64,000 nt of DNA. Source: Octopus sinensis (Eukaryota). Below are positions 42,125 to 54,305 of this stretch, in pieces; positions within the stretch are counted from its first letter, which is position 1; the number at the start of each line of letters is the position of its first letter. The notes under the pieces were generated by a model. It was not told the origin of the DNA and did no database searches. It worked only from the letters and a program-made list of their open reading frames with translations. The DNA lies in contig NC_043002.1 in the NCBI RefSeq assembly GCF_006345805.1, positions 96,534,001 to 96,598,000 of the forward strand. The letters run 5' to 3'. Position numbers and translations under genes: made by a program.

Positions 42125-42220
42125 GGTGGAGGTAAAGAATACCTAAACCTAAACACCTAAACCCAAAGAATACCTAGCCCTAAACCTAAACACCGGCTGT
42201 ACGTATTCTTTACCTTCGCC
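42125..42220. mobile_element. 96-bp MITE with a CCTAAA-rich interior
   Basis: TIRs GGTGGAGGTAAAGAATAC / GTATTCTTTACCTTCGCC; 8-bp TSD CATAAATA. Confidence 0.8.
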
Positions 42221-43834
42221 CATAAATACATATAAATACATTTTTTATGCGTGAAGAAGGGAGAGAGAGACAGAGAGAGAGGGAGAGAGTGACTTATTTC
42301 CTCATAACATGTAGAGAAATGGATGTCTTTTAATGTAATTTTTTATTGTGGATTATTTTAATACAATATTTATGTGTACCTTTTCATAAATGCTTGTCTG
42401 AGTAGAATTCTACGCATGTGTGAAACATCGGACGAAAGTGAAGCATCAGAAGCAAATTGAAATAGTGTCCGAAAATGACCTGAAAATCGTGCGACCTAAC
42501 ATAGTTGCCGAGGTTATTTTAGTTGTAAAAAAGAGCTGTTGAGTGAAAAACAGTTTATTTGGTAGATAGATAATAAGCAGCGGCTATGTCGCAGCGGTGT
42601 AAAGTTTTTAAATTTATTTTCTTTTGTTTTAAAGTGAAAGAGAGGAGAAAGTGAAAAATGTATGAACGTGTATGAACACTCTGGACGTGTGTGTGCGTGC
42701 GTGCGTGTGTGTGTGTGTGTGAGAGAGAGAGAATATGAGAGTGAGTGAGTGCCACTTACTCATACACGTTCACTCACTCACTCTCTCTATCTCTCTCACA
42801 CACACGCACATATACATACAAAAATGATATATGCATATGTATTGATGTATGTACGTATATATGACAACACACCCCTTCAGTCACTCTCTTTGTTTCTCTC
42901 TCTCTCTTTCTCCCTTCCTCTCTCTTTCTCCTTTCTTCTCTCTCTCTCTTTCTCCCTTCCTTCCTTTCTCTCTCTCTTTCTTTCTCCCTTCCTCTCTCTC
43001 TCGCTGTCTCTCACACACACGCCCATTTCATATACACGTACACCTTTCATTTTATCCTCTCTGTCACTTGGAAACAAAAGTAAATAAATAAAACAAATTA
43101 CGGAAATTAACAAACGCAGATGACAGCTCTGCAAGTCAAAATGAAGATCGCCTAAGCAATTTTCTTTATTATAATACAGACGTGAATAATTCGGAGAAAC
43201 ATTACTTTCATTATTCACACATCATCAGTCTCATAATCGAACACTGTAATTTTTGTCGAAATTGAAAGTGTGAAACTATTTTCACTTTCTAAGGAAACCT
43301 AGTCGTTGTAACTTCCAATATCAGCGCGTTTCACTGTTGGATGGGTGGGCGGGTGGGAGGAGTCACATACATGAAACTAAGACATACACACATGCATTAA
43401 CGCACGCCTCAAGCTTATCTCTGTTCCTGTGTGTGTCTGTCCGTGTCATTAGATGTATGTGTGTGTGTGTGTGTGTGCCAGTCGTCACAAAAATGTATGT
43501 ATACAGACAGACACAAACACCGTCACACACATATACTTGTCAGTCATTGGCCTAACGTACATAACGATCGCGCGAATATATATAGAAAATGTGACGTCAT
43601 CATCGTTGTAGTGGTGGTATAAGATGTCATTCACGATAGGTGACTAAAAGAAAATTGATAATGTTAATTTTTTGTAATATAAATAAGTGAATGAAAATAT
43701 AGTTTAGTTGGTAGCCAAAAGGTTACTGAATCTTTTGATACGCCATACGTCAAAACCGGCAACTCGGTTTGGAATGCATAAGGAACATACGCGCACACAC
43801 ACACGTACAAACTCTCTGATATATATATATATAT

Positions 43835-44748
43835 CAACTCCAGTCTGATCTATATGCTGTGAGTCAATGGGCAGACAGAAACAAAATGCAACTGAACGAG
43901 GGAAAATTTGAGCTGATGCATTTTGGAAGAAATTCCTTACTAAAACAGCCATACTCTCTTCCTTCAGCCTCTAACAATATCAGAGACCTGGGTGTAATTG
44001 TTGATGACGATCTCAGTTGGAGTGCACACATCAACAAGAAGGTCGATATAGCTCGTAGGATGAGTTCCTGGATCTTAAGAACTTTCCGGTCCAGAGAACA
44101 AGGTGTCATCATACCACTTTACTCCTCCTTTGTACGGCCACACCTCGAATACTGCTGCCCACTGTGGTCTCCCCATACAAGACAAAACATCTCGAGGATT
44201 GAATCACCCCAGAGGGCACTCACTAAACGAATTGAAGGCATGGCTGCTCTCGATTATTGGGATCGCCTTAAAGCCTTGAAACTCTACTCTCTCCAGCGTC
44301 GCCGTGAGCGGTACATCATTTGTACGATGTGGAGAATATACCGCCAACTTTGCCCAAACGACCTGAACATTAGCTTCAAGGTTCATCCAAGACTGGGACC
44401 ACGGGCCATACGTCCCCTGCCCAATTCAAGATCACAGCATACATGTACACTGCAACATAATTTCTTTTCCTCAACAGGCCGTGCCCTATTTAACATTGTC
44501 CCGAAAGAGATCAAAGAGGAAAAGGATCCCATCAACTTTAAACGGAGTCTGGATAGATCCCTTCAAGGAATACCGGATAAGCCACCCATAATTGGATACA
44601 ACTCACCCAACAAAAACTCACTACTTGAATGGACCATAAACAAAACTTGACTTAAACAGGATTCAAATAATCCTATCAGGTGGTGCTATTAAGTTAGACA
44701 TGGCCTGGACCAATCTTTGGTCGAAACATATCTAAGTTTATCTAAGTT
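43835..44748 (+). mobile_element. 5'-truncated CR1-group LINE (RT C-terminus)
   Basis: ORF 43859-44650: IRDLGVIVDDDLSW, FVRPHLEYCCPLWSP, LYSLQRRRERY; repeated tail TCTAAGTT. Confidence 0.9.
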
Positions 44749-44912
44749 GATATATTATATATTTAAAAAAGGAGATGTGGAACACGAGTTATGATATATA
44801 AAAAAAGGAAATGAAGAAAATGCTGACAAAATAATTTAAGTAAGGGAGAGTGTATTTAATTAGGTGAAAGTTCTTTTTACCGGTTGCGCATTTGTTATGC
44901 TTATCAAAAGAA

Positions 44913-45013
44913 ATTTTTTAAGAGAGATAGAGTTCCTTTCTTATAGATTTTTTTCTCTTATCAGATAAGAGAAAAAAATCTATCAGAAAGGAATTCTATC
45001 TCTCTTAAAAAAT
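44913..45013. repeat. Near-perfect palindrome with 50-bp arms and a 1-nt centre
   Basis: TTTTTTAAGAGAGATAG...CTCTTATC-A-GATAAGAG...CTATCTCTCTTAAAAAA. Confidence 0.9.
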
Positions 45014-45711
45014 ATGGCTAGGGACATGGCAGGGTGGTGGGGGTGTTACTGTTGCATTTAGCCCCAGGCGAACATCAACGTCGCCAGATAGGCTTGACAC
45101 CATCACGGCGTCCTTTAGCCTGGGGCTAAATGTGGTTTCCGCTTCATCGGGGAATTATCTCCCTTTGCAGGATAAAGGACGCCGTGATGGTGTCAAGCCT
45201 ATCTGGCGACGTTGATGTTCGCCTGGGGCTAAATGCAACAGTAACACCCCCACCACCCTGCCCTGTCCCTAGCCATATTCAGATGGCTTTAGTCCCTTAT
45301 GTTATGGAGCAGTTACTGTCTATATCTCATTTAGAGAATTATTGTTGCTGTCGAACAGATTTTCGAAATCAGCAAATGTATTTTGTTTGAAAATCTATAT
45401 ATAAATATCCTGCAGAGTGAATTTTTCGTCGAGGAAGCGGTGCCTACCACACGTTGATAATAGGCAATACACCTTGAAACCTAGGTCCGTGTGTGGTTTC
45501 CGCTTCATCGGGGAATTATCTCCCTTTGCAGGATAAAGGACGCCGTGATGGTGTCAAGCCTATCTGGCGACGTTGATGTTCGCCTGGGGCTAAATGCAAC
45601 AGTAACACCCCCCACCACCCTGCCCTGTCCTTAGCCATATTCAGATGGCTTTAGTCCCTTATGTTATGGAGCAGTTACTGTCTATATCTCATTTAGAGAA
45701 TTATTATTGCT
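45011..45711 (+). mobile_element. Non-coding retrozyme-like/Penelope-dependent element A: 361-bp unit, partial direct repeat and inverted 5' copy
   Basis: Direct repeat 45131-45350 vs 45492-45711 (period 361). 107-bp inverted arms 45011-45117/45173-45279 with 1 mismatch. HHR at the unit junction. Confidence 0.75.
45448..45493 (+). ncRNA. Type I hammerhead ribozyme, U3-A8 core variant
   Basis: Stem I CACACG/CGTGTG, core TTGATAA, stem II AGG/CCT (U-U at 10.1/11.1), GAAA, palindromic stem III ACCTAGGT, GUC cleavage site after 45487. Confidence 0.7.
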
Positions 45712-45891
45712 ATATATATATATATATATATATATACGACAGGCTTCTTTCAGTTTCCGTCTAACAAATCCACTCACAAGGCTTTGGTCGGCCCGAGGCT
45801 ATAGTAGAAGACACTTACCCAAGGTGTCACGCAGTGGGACTGAACCCGGAACCATGTGGTTGGTTAGCAAGCTACTTACCACACAGCCGCG

Positions 45892-45936
<45 letters not shown>

Positions 45937-46939
45937 ATGTATGTATGTGTGTGTGTGTGTGTGTGTGTAGCAGTATATGACTGGCCAGGATGCTATCAGT
46001 TTCGCGTCGACTATTGCACCTCACAATATTGATGACTCTTTAGATATACGGCTGGAAGCGCACAACCTGTTTTATGCTGTTGGTGAATATAGACTCTGAG
46101 TGGCACGGTGTTAGTAAAAAGAAAAGAGAGCTTCTGTAGAGAGAAATATCCAATAAACATAACTGATGGATCTTGTTCATCTGTGCGCCCAATGTAAAAA
46201 AAAAAAAAGATACCTACCCCAGGGTAGAGGCAGCATGCTTATGTGGGATTTATAGTGAGTACTCTGTGAATGGTCTATGCAACTTGGAAGTTGTAGTCTA
46301 GGAAGTAGAGGTGGTGTCGCTCAATAACAGCGAAGCGATGCATATACAGAAATATTAGGGACAACAGTGGCCTCCTTTAAGGTCAGGCTGAATAACCGAG
46401 AGAGGAGCAATGTTATGACTTTAGTCAGCTATATTGGCGGCGAGCTGGCAGAATCGTTAGCACGCCGGGCGAAATGCGTAGCCGTATTTCGTCTGCCGTT
46501 ACGTTCTGAGTTCAAATTCTGCCGAGGTCGACTTTGCCTTTCATCCTTTCGGGGTCGATAAATTAAGTACCAGTTACGCACGGGGTCGATGTAATCGACT
46601 TAATCCGTTTGTCTGTCCTTGTTTGTCCTCTCTGTGTTTAACCCCTTGTGGGTAGTAAAGAAATATATATATATATATATATATATATATCCTTCGAAAC
46701 GTTTAGTAGATGAAATCTTAGCGACTGAAGAGGGGATTTTTCGTTGTGCTTATTGTCCTGTATCTCTCCCTTTTTTTTGCTTGTTTTGTTCCTTGGTTTG
46801 TGTCTATGTGTTTCGTCTCTCTATGTGTTCGACGTCTTTTTGGTGTCCTGTACACATATATGCGTGTATATGTACATGTAGAGGTAGGTACGTACATATA
46901 TGTTTTATATATATGCATATATTCTATTTTATTAACATA

Positions 46940-46982
<43 letters not shown>

Positions 46983-47032
46983 TATATTATATATATATAT
47001 ACGCGAGAATGAAGCAACAAGAATGGATAGGT

Positions 47033-47123
47033 TTTTAGTACGATCGTTTCATACAAGGACAGGTTTTATTAAAAGTTGCAAAAATTACAGCATATAAACG
47101 TGTCCCGTACTCATCAGCTAAAA
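47033..47123 (-). ncRNA. Canonical type I hammerhead ribozyme (Penelope-type)
   Basis: Minus strand reads TTTTAG CTGATGA GTACGGGACA...TGTCCTTGTAT GAAAC GATC GTA CTAAAA: 6-bp stem I, long stem II, palindromic stem III, GUA site. Confidence 0.8.
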
Positions 47124-47301
47124 TACATGTGAGTCCTCTAGACATCCTAGTTGTTGAGGCTATACTCATGAAGTAATGTAGATAATCAAAAGTTCATTAA
47201 AGTTCTTTAAAGAACATTCCATTTCTTTGTATGAATAGCGAGTCACCGAGATTCTATATATATAGTCCCAGCATAAAAAAGGTTATATGCTTCCGATCGG
47301 T

Positions 47302-47363
47302 ATGTCTGAAGAGTCGTCAATATTGGCTCGGTAGAATAACCGGCGCGAAACCGACGCTAACAT
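47302..47363 (+). ncRNA. Degenerate hammerhead-like motif
   Basis: ATGT CTGAAGA G...C GAAA CCGACGCTA ACAT; stem I ATGT/ACAT intact, stem III mismatched. Confidence 0.4.
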
Positions 47364-47911
47364 TTTGACAAGTTATATACCATAAGCAATAAAATACTGC
47401 TCGACGATATATAAAAAAATATAACCGCTCTATTACTCATATGGCATATGACCCATTATATATTCTTTTGCATGTTTCGATCATTTGACTGCGGTCATAC
47501 TGGAGTACCGCCTTAAAAGGGTTTAGCCGAAGAAATCGAACCCAAGACTTCTTTGTAAGCCTAGTGCTTATTCTACCAGTCAGTTTTGCAGAACCACTAA
47601 GTTACAGGAACGTAAACACACCAACATCGGATTTGGTAGACGGAAACTGAAAGAAGTCCATCGTGTGAGTGTGTGTGCATAGATATATGTTTGTGTGTCT
47701 GTGTTTGTCCCCCTCATACTATCGCTTGATAGCCGATGTTGGTGTGTTTACGTACTGTAACTTAGCGGTTTCACAAAAAGCCGATAGAATAAGTACTAGG
47801 CTTACAAGAAATAACTCCTGGGGTCGATTTGTTCGACTAAGGGCTGTACACCTGCATGGCTGCCGTCAAATGACTGAATCAAGTAAAAGAATAAAAGAAT
47901 ATATGTACATA

Positions 47912-48239
47912 GGAGCACTCCGTCAGTTACGACGACGAGGGTCCCCGCTGATATGATCAACGGAGCAGCCTGCTCGTGAAATTAACGTGCAAGTGGCTGA
48001 GCAATCCACAGACACGTGTACCCCTAACGTAGTTCTCGGGGAGATTCAGCGTGACACAGAGTGTGACAAGGCCGGCCCTTTCAAATGCAGGTACAACTCA
48101 TTTTTGCCTGCTGAGTGGACTGGAGCAACGTGAAATAAAGTGTCTTGCTCAAGGACACAACGCGTCGCCGGGAATCGAACTCACGACCTTACAATCGTGA
48201 GCCGAATGCCCTAACCACTAAGCCACGCGCCTTCACTTC
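47912..48239 (-). mobile_element. SINE S5
   Basis: 11-bp TSD ATATGTACATA; homologous to 14231-14562. Confidence 0.85.
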
Positions 48240-48549
48240 ATATGTACATAACACACTCACAAACGTTGGCATTAATCCGAAAAATATTAACGAGATTTGT
48301 CTCATATGAACCAATTTTGATTTTTTTTTCTATCATTCTGTGAATATCCTTTTAATTTAAAACACCAAGTTGTATTTATTTCTATCTATAAAAATTTAAT
48401 TCTTTGAATAATTGTTGTTTTATAAGAATTCAAATTTTGTTCCTTTTAATTTGAAATAATAATTTATAATTCGCAGGAGATTAACGTGTACTCGTGGTCT
48501 AAGAATACCGCGTGTGTAAGACGAAAAACCTCATCGACTAATTAAATGT

Positions 48550-48565
48550 GGCGCCCAATTTCAAA
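48550..48565 (+). promoter_or_regulatory. Putative E2F/CDE + CHR (DREAM-type) cell-cycle element
   Basis: GGCGCC-caat-TTCAAA (GC box, 4-nt spacer, TTYRAA) ending 15 nt upstream of the GINS3 ATG. Confidence 0.45.
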
Positions 48566-48580
48566 GTTTTCGACCCAAAC

Positions 48581-48698
48581 ATGTCTTCTGCTCAAAGTGG
48601 ACTCGCTTCTACTTCGTCGAAGTATTTCGATATTGATGATATTTTAGCATCTCAGGAACATATTCCGAGCAAAATAGAAATGACACTTTACCGATTAG
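48581..48698 (+). CDS. GINS3: GINS complex subunit 3 (PSF3), coding exon 1
   Basis: ATG at 48581 gives MSSAQSGLASTSSKYFDIDDILASQEHIPSKIEMTLYRL, containing the PSF3 YFxxDDIL motif. GTAATT donor at 48699, phase 1, compatible with exon 2. Confidence 0.9.
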
Positions 48699-49066
48699 GT
48701 AATTTTTAAATTTGTTTATTTTCTTTGTCTGTTTTTAGTGTTCGATCGTTTTGAGAGAAGTTTTTGCTGTTGTTGTTTAACCCTCGGTCGTTTCTATTGA
48801 GCAGAGTTATGATCTAAGTTGTTAATAACTGTCCGTCACTGTCCTGCCTCTCATCCTTTTAAGCATATTTTGTGTACCAGAGACTGTTATATTGTTTTAT
48901 GTATTCTTCTTTTTGTTAAAGTGTGATTTAAGGGAAATTTGACTGCTAAGAGGATTCCTTGAAGTAGTGTCGTTACTGTTGTTATTTGATGTCCGCTTTT
49001 ATCACAGAGTTGATCACACACACACACACACGCACACACACACACTCACACACTCACACACACTCA

Positions 49067-49112
<46 letters not shown>

Positions 49113-49444
49113 ATCGACATCCGTCTGAAGATGTGGATGTGGAATTTGTTACTTGTCCTTTTTTTTCAGCTCTGATTGAACAAACCTATACCTAAGATTA
49201 AAAGCAGTCCAGACATGACATCCCGTCTTATAAATCAGGAGCAACGTAACCGTTCTCTTTTTAATACACTGGGAGTATGCTTTGAAGGAGATTTAGTTGC
49301 TATTTTTAGTAGACTGAACGACTACGTAGCAATACCGTTGTGGCTGATGTCATCGTTTCTTTGAAAACTTGGTTGTAGGAGTAATAGTAATAACAATAAT
49401 AATCCTTCCTACTATAAGCATAAGGCATGGAATTTTGGGGCATC

Positions 49445-49856
49445 TTTTACCTTTTATCTTTTATCTTTTACTTGTTTCAGTCATTTGACTGCGGCCATGC
49501 TGGAGCACCGCCTTTAGTCGAGCAAATCGACCCCGGGACTTATTCTTTGTAAGCCCAGTACTTATTCTATCGGTCTCTTTTTGTCGAACGGCTAGGTGAC
49601 GGGGATGTAAACACACCAGCATTGGTTGTCAAGCAATGCTAGGGGGATAAACACAGACACACAAACACACACGCATACATATATATATACATATATACGA
49701 CAGGCTTCTTTCAGTTTCCGTCTATCAAATCCACTCACAAGGCATTGGTCGGCCCGGGGCTGTAGCAGAAGACACTTGCCCAAGATGCCATGCAGTGGGA
49801 CTGAACCCGGAACCATGTGGTTGGTTAGCAAGCTACTTACCACACAGCTACTCCTG
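49445..49856 (-). mobile_element. SINE S1
   Basis: Homologous to 6144-6545. Confidence 0.85.
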
Positions 49857-49934
49857 GGCATGGGTATAAAGACCGCAGTGCTTGATTAGTACTTTATTTT
49901 ATCTACTCCGAGAGAACGAAAAGCGATCTCATAT

Positions 49935-49969
<35 letters not shown>

Positions 49970-49999
49970 AATATATATATATACACACACATAGATCCG

Positions 50000-52190
50000 C
50001 TATGGTCTTACCACTCTCGAACAGCCAACGTATAGTTGTCCATGTGAAAAACATGACTCATCCAAAAGAAGACTAGCAACAGACAGTGTCTGACCTTGTG
50101 ACTTGTTTATTGACATAGCAAAGCTGACACGAATGGGAAATTGAAGCCTCTGAAAGGAGAAAGGAATAGCTGCTCCTGATGGAATGAGAGGAACTTGTGG
50201 TATGAAAACATCGTCTCTTTTACCACTCCCAGAAATTATGGTAGCCTCTATAATGTGGTTAAGAACTTTTTTTAACAACCAGTCGTGTTCCATTATAATA
50301 GTTTTGGTGTCTCCAAATTCCGAAGCAGCATTATTGGAATCCCTTCTTTCAGCTGCAATGTATGTAGAGGAAGACATGGAGGGTCCAGTGAGTTGAGAAA
50401 TTCCGAAGCAGGATAATTAACTGCCTCGTTGTTGTCTCTCATGCTATTAATTGACTTTAATGTTTGATGATTTCCGGGTAGAGAATGGAGAAGTTGATCA
50501 TTCAACTTGCTTACAGTGGTGTTCTTAGGAGCAAGTACTGCTCTTTCATGCAACCAGTTAAGATTGTAGTAGTTCTCCTTAGTTCATTGATAGAAGATAC
50601 AATGGTACAAAGTGGCGAGATGTTTAGTTCACCTGCCACGTCCAAAGGCACCTTACCATCACCAAGTTTCAAAATATCTTTAGCAAACTGGAAAGAAGTT
50701 CGATCACCATAAAGTTGGACGCTCACATTTGTGGATAGTGTAAGTGTCATAACATGACCCCACAATGGTGAGTACTTAAGGCACACTTGTATTTCATCTG
50801 CCCTTGTACCTTTAGGAATGACAGGAAGAGTTTGTCACTTTACAGTAGAGGCATTGCACAGCCCATTGGAGCCTGACTATCTCATATATCCCTCAGAGGT
50901 CTAATGCCTCTAATCTCCTCTGTGAGCCATTGTGCACTCATCCCATACTATAAGAATGCACCATCGGAGTACTTGTCCTTGGTCAAAACTTTTGCTGATG
51001 TTGCAGGAGTGGGCTTCTGGAGCCAAGTTCAATGGAAGTTGGAAGGTGGAATGTGCTATTCTCCAACCTAGCATCAAATTGGCAGCAATCCCAGAAGAGG
51101 CTACAGCTAACGCTATGTCTTCATTTTGCTGTGCATTTGCAACAATTAATTTGATTGAAAAGATTTTTCCAGTGCCACCTGGTGCATCCAAGAAGAAAAT
51201 GCCACCAGATTGGCGACGCCCACTGCTAACAATACAGTTGTAAACATGGCGTTGGTCTGGAAGCAGTTGTGGTTCCACCTCTTTGACGAATGGGGCAAGA
51301 AACGCTTTGTCATACGACGTTCCTTGCAAGACTGCTGAAGGAAGTGTGTTGTATACTGACCAGAGTGTAGCTGGTAAACCGTATGTCGGCAAATCAGTAC
51401 CCCCAAGGGAAATAACCCTGTCCTTGAGGTCAGTCAGTGCTCTATTGTAAATCTCATCACTGGTACCATCCAGTTCAGGATACTGCAATATTGCCTGATG
51501 TCTGTAGTCTTCTGAGAGATCATCTTGGAACTTCAGCCACAATGAGTTTGGATCATCCACCTCGCACATCTGTAGTAACACTGCAAACAGCACACGTAGA
51601 CGGCTAGGGGATTGCAAAAGAGAAGCTTTTGATAATGTGCAAATCCACTGCAGGCCATTTTCAAGCAGACCATGTTTGAAGCATGCCTCCCTGTATGTGC
51701 TGCAGTGGAGGCGCAATGGCCCAGTGGTTAGGGCAGCGGACTCGCGGTCATAGGATCGCGGTTTCGATTCCCAGACTGGGCGTTGTGAGTGCTTATTGAG
51801 CGAAAACACCTAAAGCTCCACGAGGCTCCGGCAGGGGATGGTGGTGATCCCTGCTGTACTCTTTCACCACAACTTTCTCTCACTCTTACTTCCTGTTTCT
51901 GTTGTACCTGTATTTCAAAGGGCCTGCCTTGTCACTCTCTGTGTCACGCTGAATATCCCCGAGAACTACGTTAAGGGTACACGTGTCTGCGGAGTGCTCA
52001 GGCACTTACACATTAATTTCACGAGCAGGCTGTTCCGTTGATTCGGATCAACCGGAACCCTCGTCGTCGTAACCGACGGAGTGCTTCCATGTGCTACACA
52101 CATGACCACTGACTATTCAAAGGTCTTTGAATGACTGCAGTCCTGTTACTTTGTGAAGCAACAAACAGAGGTAATAACATTTGTGCACAA
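50000..52190 (-). pseudogene. Helitron RepHel PIF1-like helicase remnant (frameshifted), interrupted by a SINE
   Basis: Motifs YYLCLLLHKV..SFKDL, CSTYREAC, FFLDAPGGTGK, VASSGIAA, LIVWDECTM, IMLLRNL, QFPIRVSFAMSINKSQGQTL and FSHGQLYVGCSRV, spread across several frames. Confidence 0.92.
51705..52088 (+). mobile_element. SINE S3 inserted in the Helitron helicase
   Basis: Same sequence as 25223-25608; TSD ATGTGCT(G/A)CA. Confidence 0.88.
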
Positions 52191-54305
52191 CTGTTTTGCT
52201 TACTTTGCACACCACAGTTACGGCAGCTTTACCTTCTAACCCAAAATGTTTTTTGTTTAAGGAGAATACTAATAATTCTAATTGGAGTTTAACAACGGCC
52301 ATGAAAGTCACAAAAAATTACTGATAAGCCAGTGAGTTAGATTAAAATGGAAAACTTCATGGCAAGCTGGTTAAGGAATGTATGGCAGTGTCAAAATAGC
52401 TGTGTTTGTACTCAAAATGGCAAATTGAGTAATCACAAAGGTAAGGCGCATGTAAAAGGCATTTACAGGTGAATGATTAAAGATATCGTAAGCACTTACC
52501 AACTGTCTGGAAAATGTGAAAGAATCGCCTTGTCTAATAAAAGCTGAAAGTAGAAGTTGTTTTGCCAAAAAGATCAAGTACTCCTTGAAATGACTGGCCT
52601 GTCGTAAACCCGATCACAAAGTGTCGTAGTAGGACAAAACATGTTGGAGTGTTTGGACCAAGCAATTAATTTTGTGAAAGAAGAGGTATGAATGTATGCG
52701 TGAGACTGCTTTATGTTGTAGTTAATTTTCAACGCTTGTTACAATTTCAGCCTCATGAATAACATAACTCATGGATGAATATCAACTTGAATGTCATGGC
52801 AAATAATCAATACTTTATCTAGGCAATGTATAAGCTGAATAATTAAGGCAACAATCCAATGCATTCAAAAAATATAAGTGTTATAATTGAAGCACCAAGA
52901 GTTTTTCCGAAAATAAAAGTTACCTGCCCGACCTAAGAATTCTTTAATGCTCTGTAGGAAGTGCATCTTAAGTATCAAAAATCCGTGAAATAACGCAGAG
53001 AAAGTTATTAGTAAGGCGTGTCAGATGTGTCACTGTTGTCATAGAGCTGAACCCCAAATTCCTGCACCCGAAATTGGTAATGTTATACTGATTTATCTAT
53101 TATCAAACCTCTTCAATAATAAAGCAATACGCATAAATACTGGCAGACTTTTATGTAGCAGAAATTGAAATCCCGCATAACTTTTTTTTGACTCATCGAA
53201 TAATTTGATTGATAATGTGTAGTACATAGGTTATAGCAGCAATCGAAAGATCTTCTGTGGCCATAACGTCATTGAAATATTTTGAATGTCCGTGAGCATG
53301 AAAAGCCTGCACACTATTCTATTCATGGATTTGGACGGAAGTCATGTTGCATTTAAGAGAAGATTTATTTCAAAGAATTTTATTTCAGGCAAAAAATCAG
53401 TATACATTTGCTCTTGCATATTGTAGCTGTGTTGATTTGAAAAATTGATTCCGAATTGAAATTCACATTGTAACATAATTCCTGCCCTTGTAAATGCCAG
53501 CTGTTTATAAGCGCTGAATAAACTTTACTTGAGATTTCATGCGTGTAAAAATTATCGATTTTTCACCTTACGCGTATAAGCTGCACATTTACGTGCAAAG
53601 CAGTTGACTTAGAAAACCTTTCACATGAAATACTGTAAAGAATTGTTTTATTTTCAGTTGTGGCCCATAAATACATGGGAATCGAAAAATCTAAAAACAT
53701 AGAAATATCTCCGAAAAAAATCTATTTAATGTAATAATTTCCAGGTGGTGCTCCAGCATGGCTGCAGTCAAATGACTGAAAGAGGTAAAAGAGTAAAAGA
53801 ATAGAATATATTTGTATACCACCAAATATAAATTTATGTTTAAGTACATTATATCACAGCAGAGCAAAAGTGGAGGACCAAAACCTTGCTGTGGACCACT
53901 GGTGTGAATCATGAACTGAAGCTTTTGGTTGAATATGTATGAACTGCAAAACACTTTGTTGTTAAACACTCTATCTCAGCAATTCTCATTCTCATGAGAA
54001 CAGCCAACAAAGGAAATATGTGTGACCATTCGACCTGCTAGAAGTAGCAGCCAAAAATCGCCCTTAAAACCTATGTTTTACCATCTTAAAAAGGTTTCCA
54101 TCAGATAATATAACTTGATGTATACGAACTTCCTGGAAAAATAGAAAAACTAAAAAAAAGGTTTAATGTTTCTTATTGTTTTTTTTTACTTGCTGAAACT
54201 GAAGTGGGGTGCAGTGCCCTAGTCCTTTGCTTTTCATTCTTTCAGAGTCAGTAAAATAAGTAGCCTCTGAGACTGTTTAGCTTGATGCTGTTAATGTAGT
54301 TTAAA

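Noticed and set aside
43194-43232. CTGATGA...GAAA on the minus strand with GAGA/TCTC flanks
   Set aside because: Stem II and stem III do not pair; probably chance
51705-51785. tRNA-like sequences with A and B boxes
   Set aside because: They are SINE heads continuing into SINE bodies with TSDs, not stand-alone tRNA genes
50910-51809. 299-aa ORF as an intact host PIF1 gene
   Set aside because: Its N-terminus comes from an inserted SINE, and the helicase is frameshifted and Helitron-type
52380-52580. Cys-rich remnant resembling a piggyBac C-terminal domain
   Set aside because: Needs several frameshifts and no TIR pair was found
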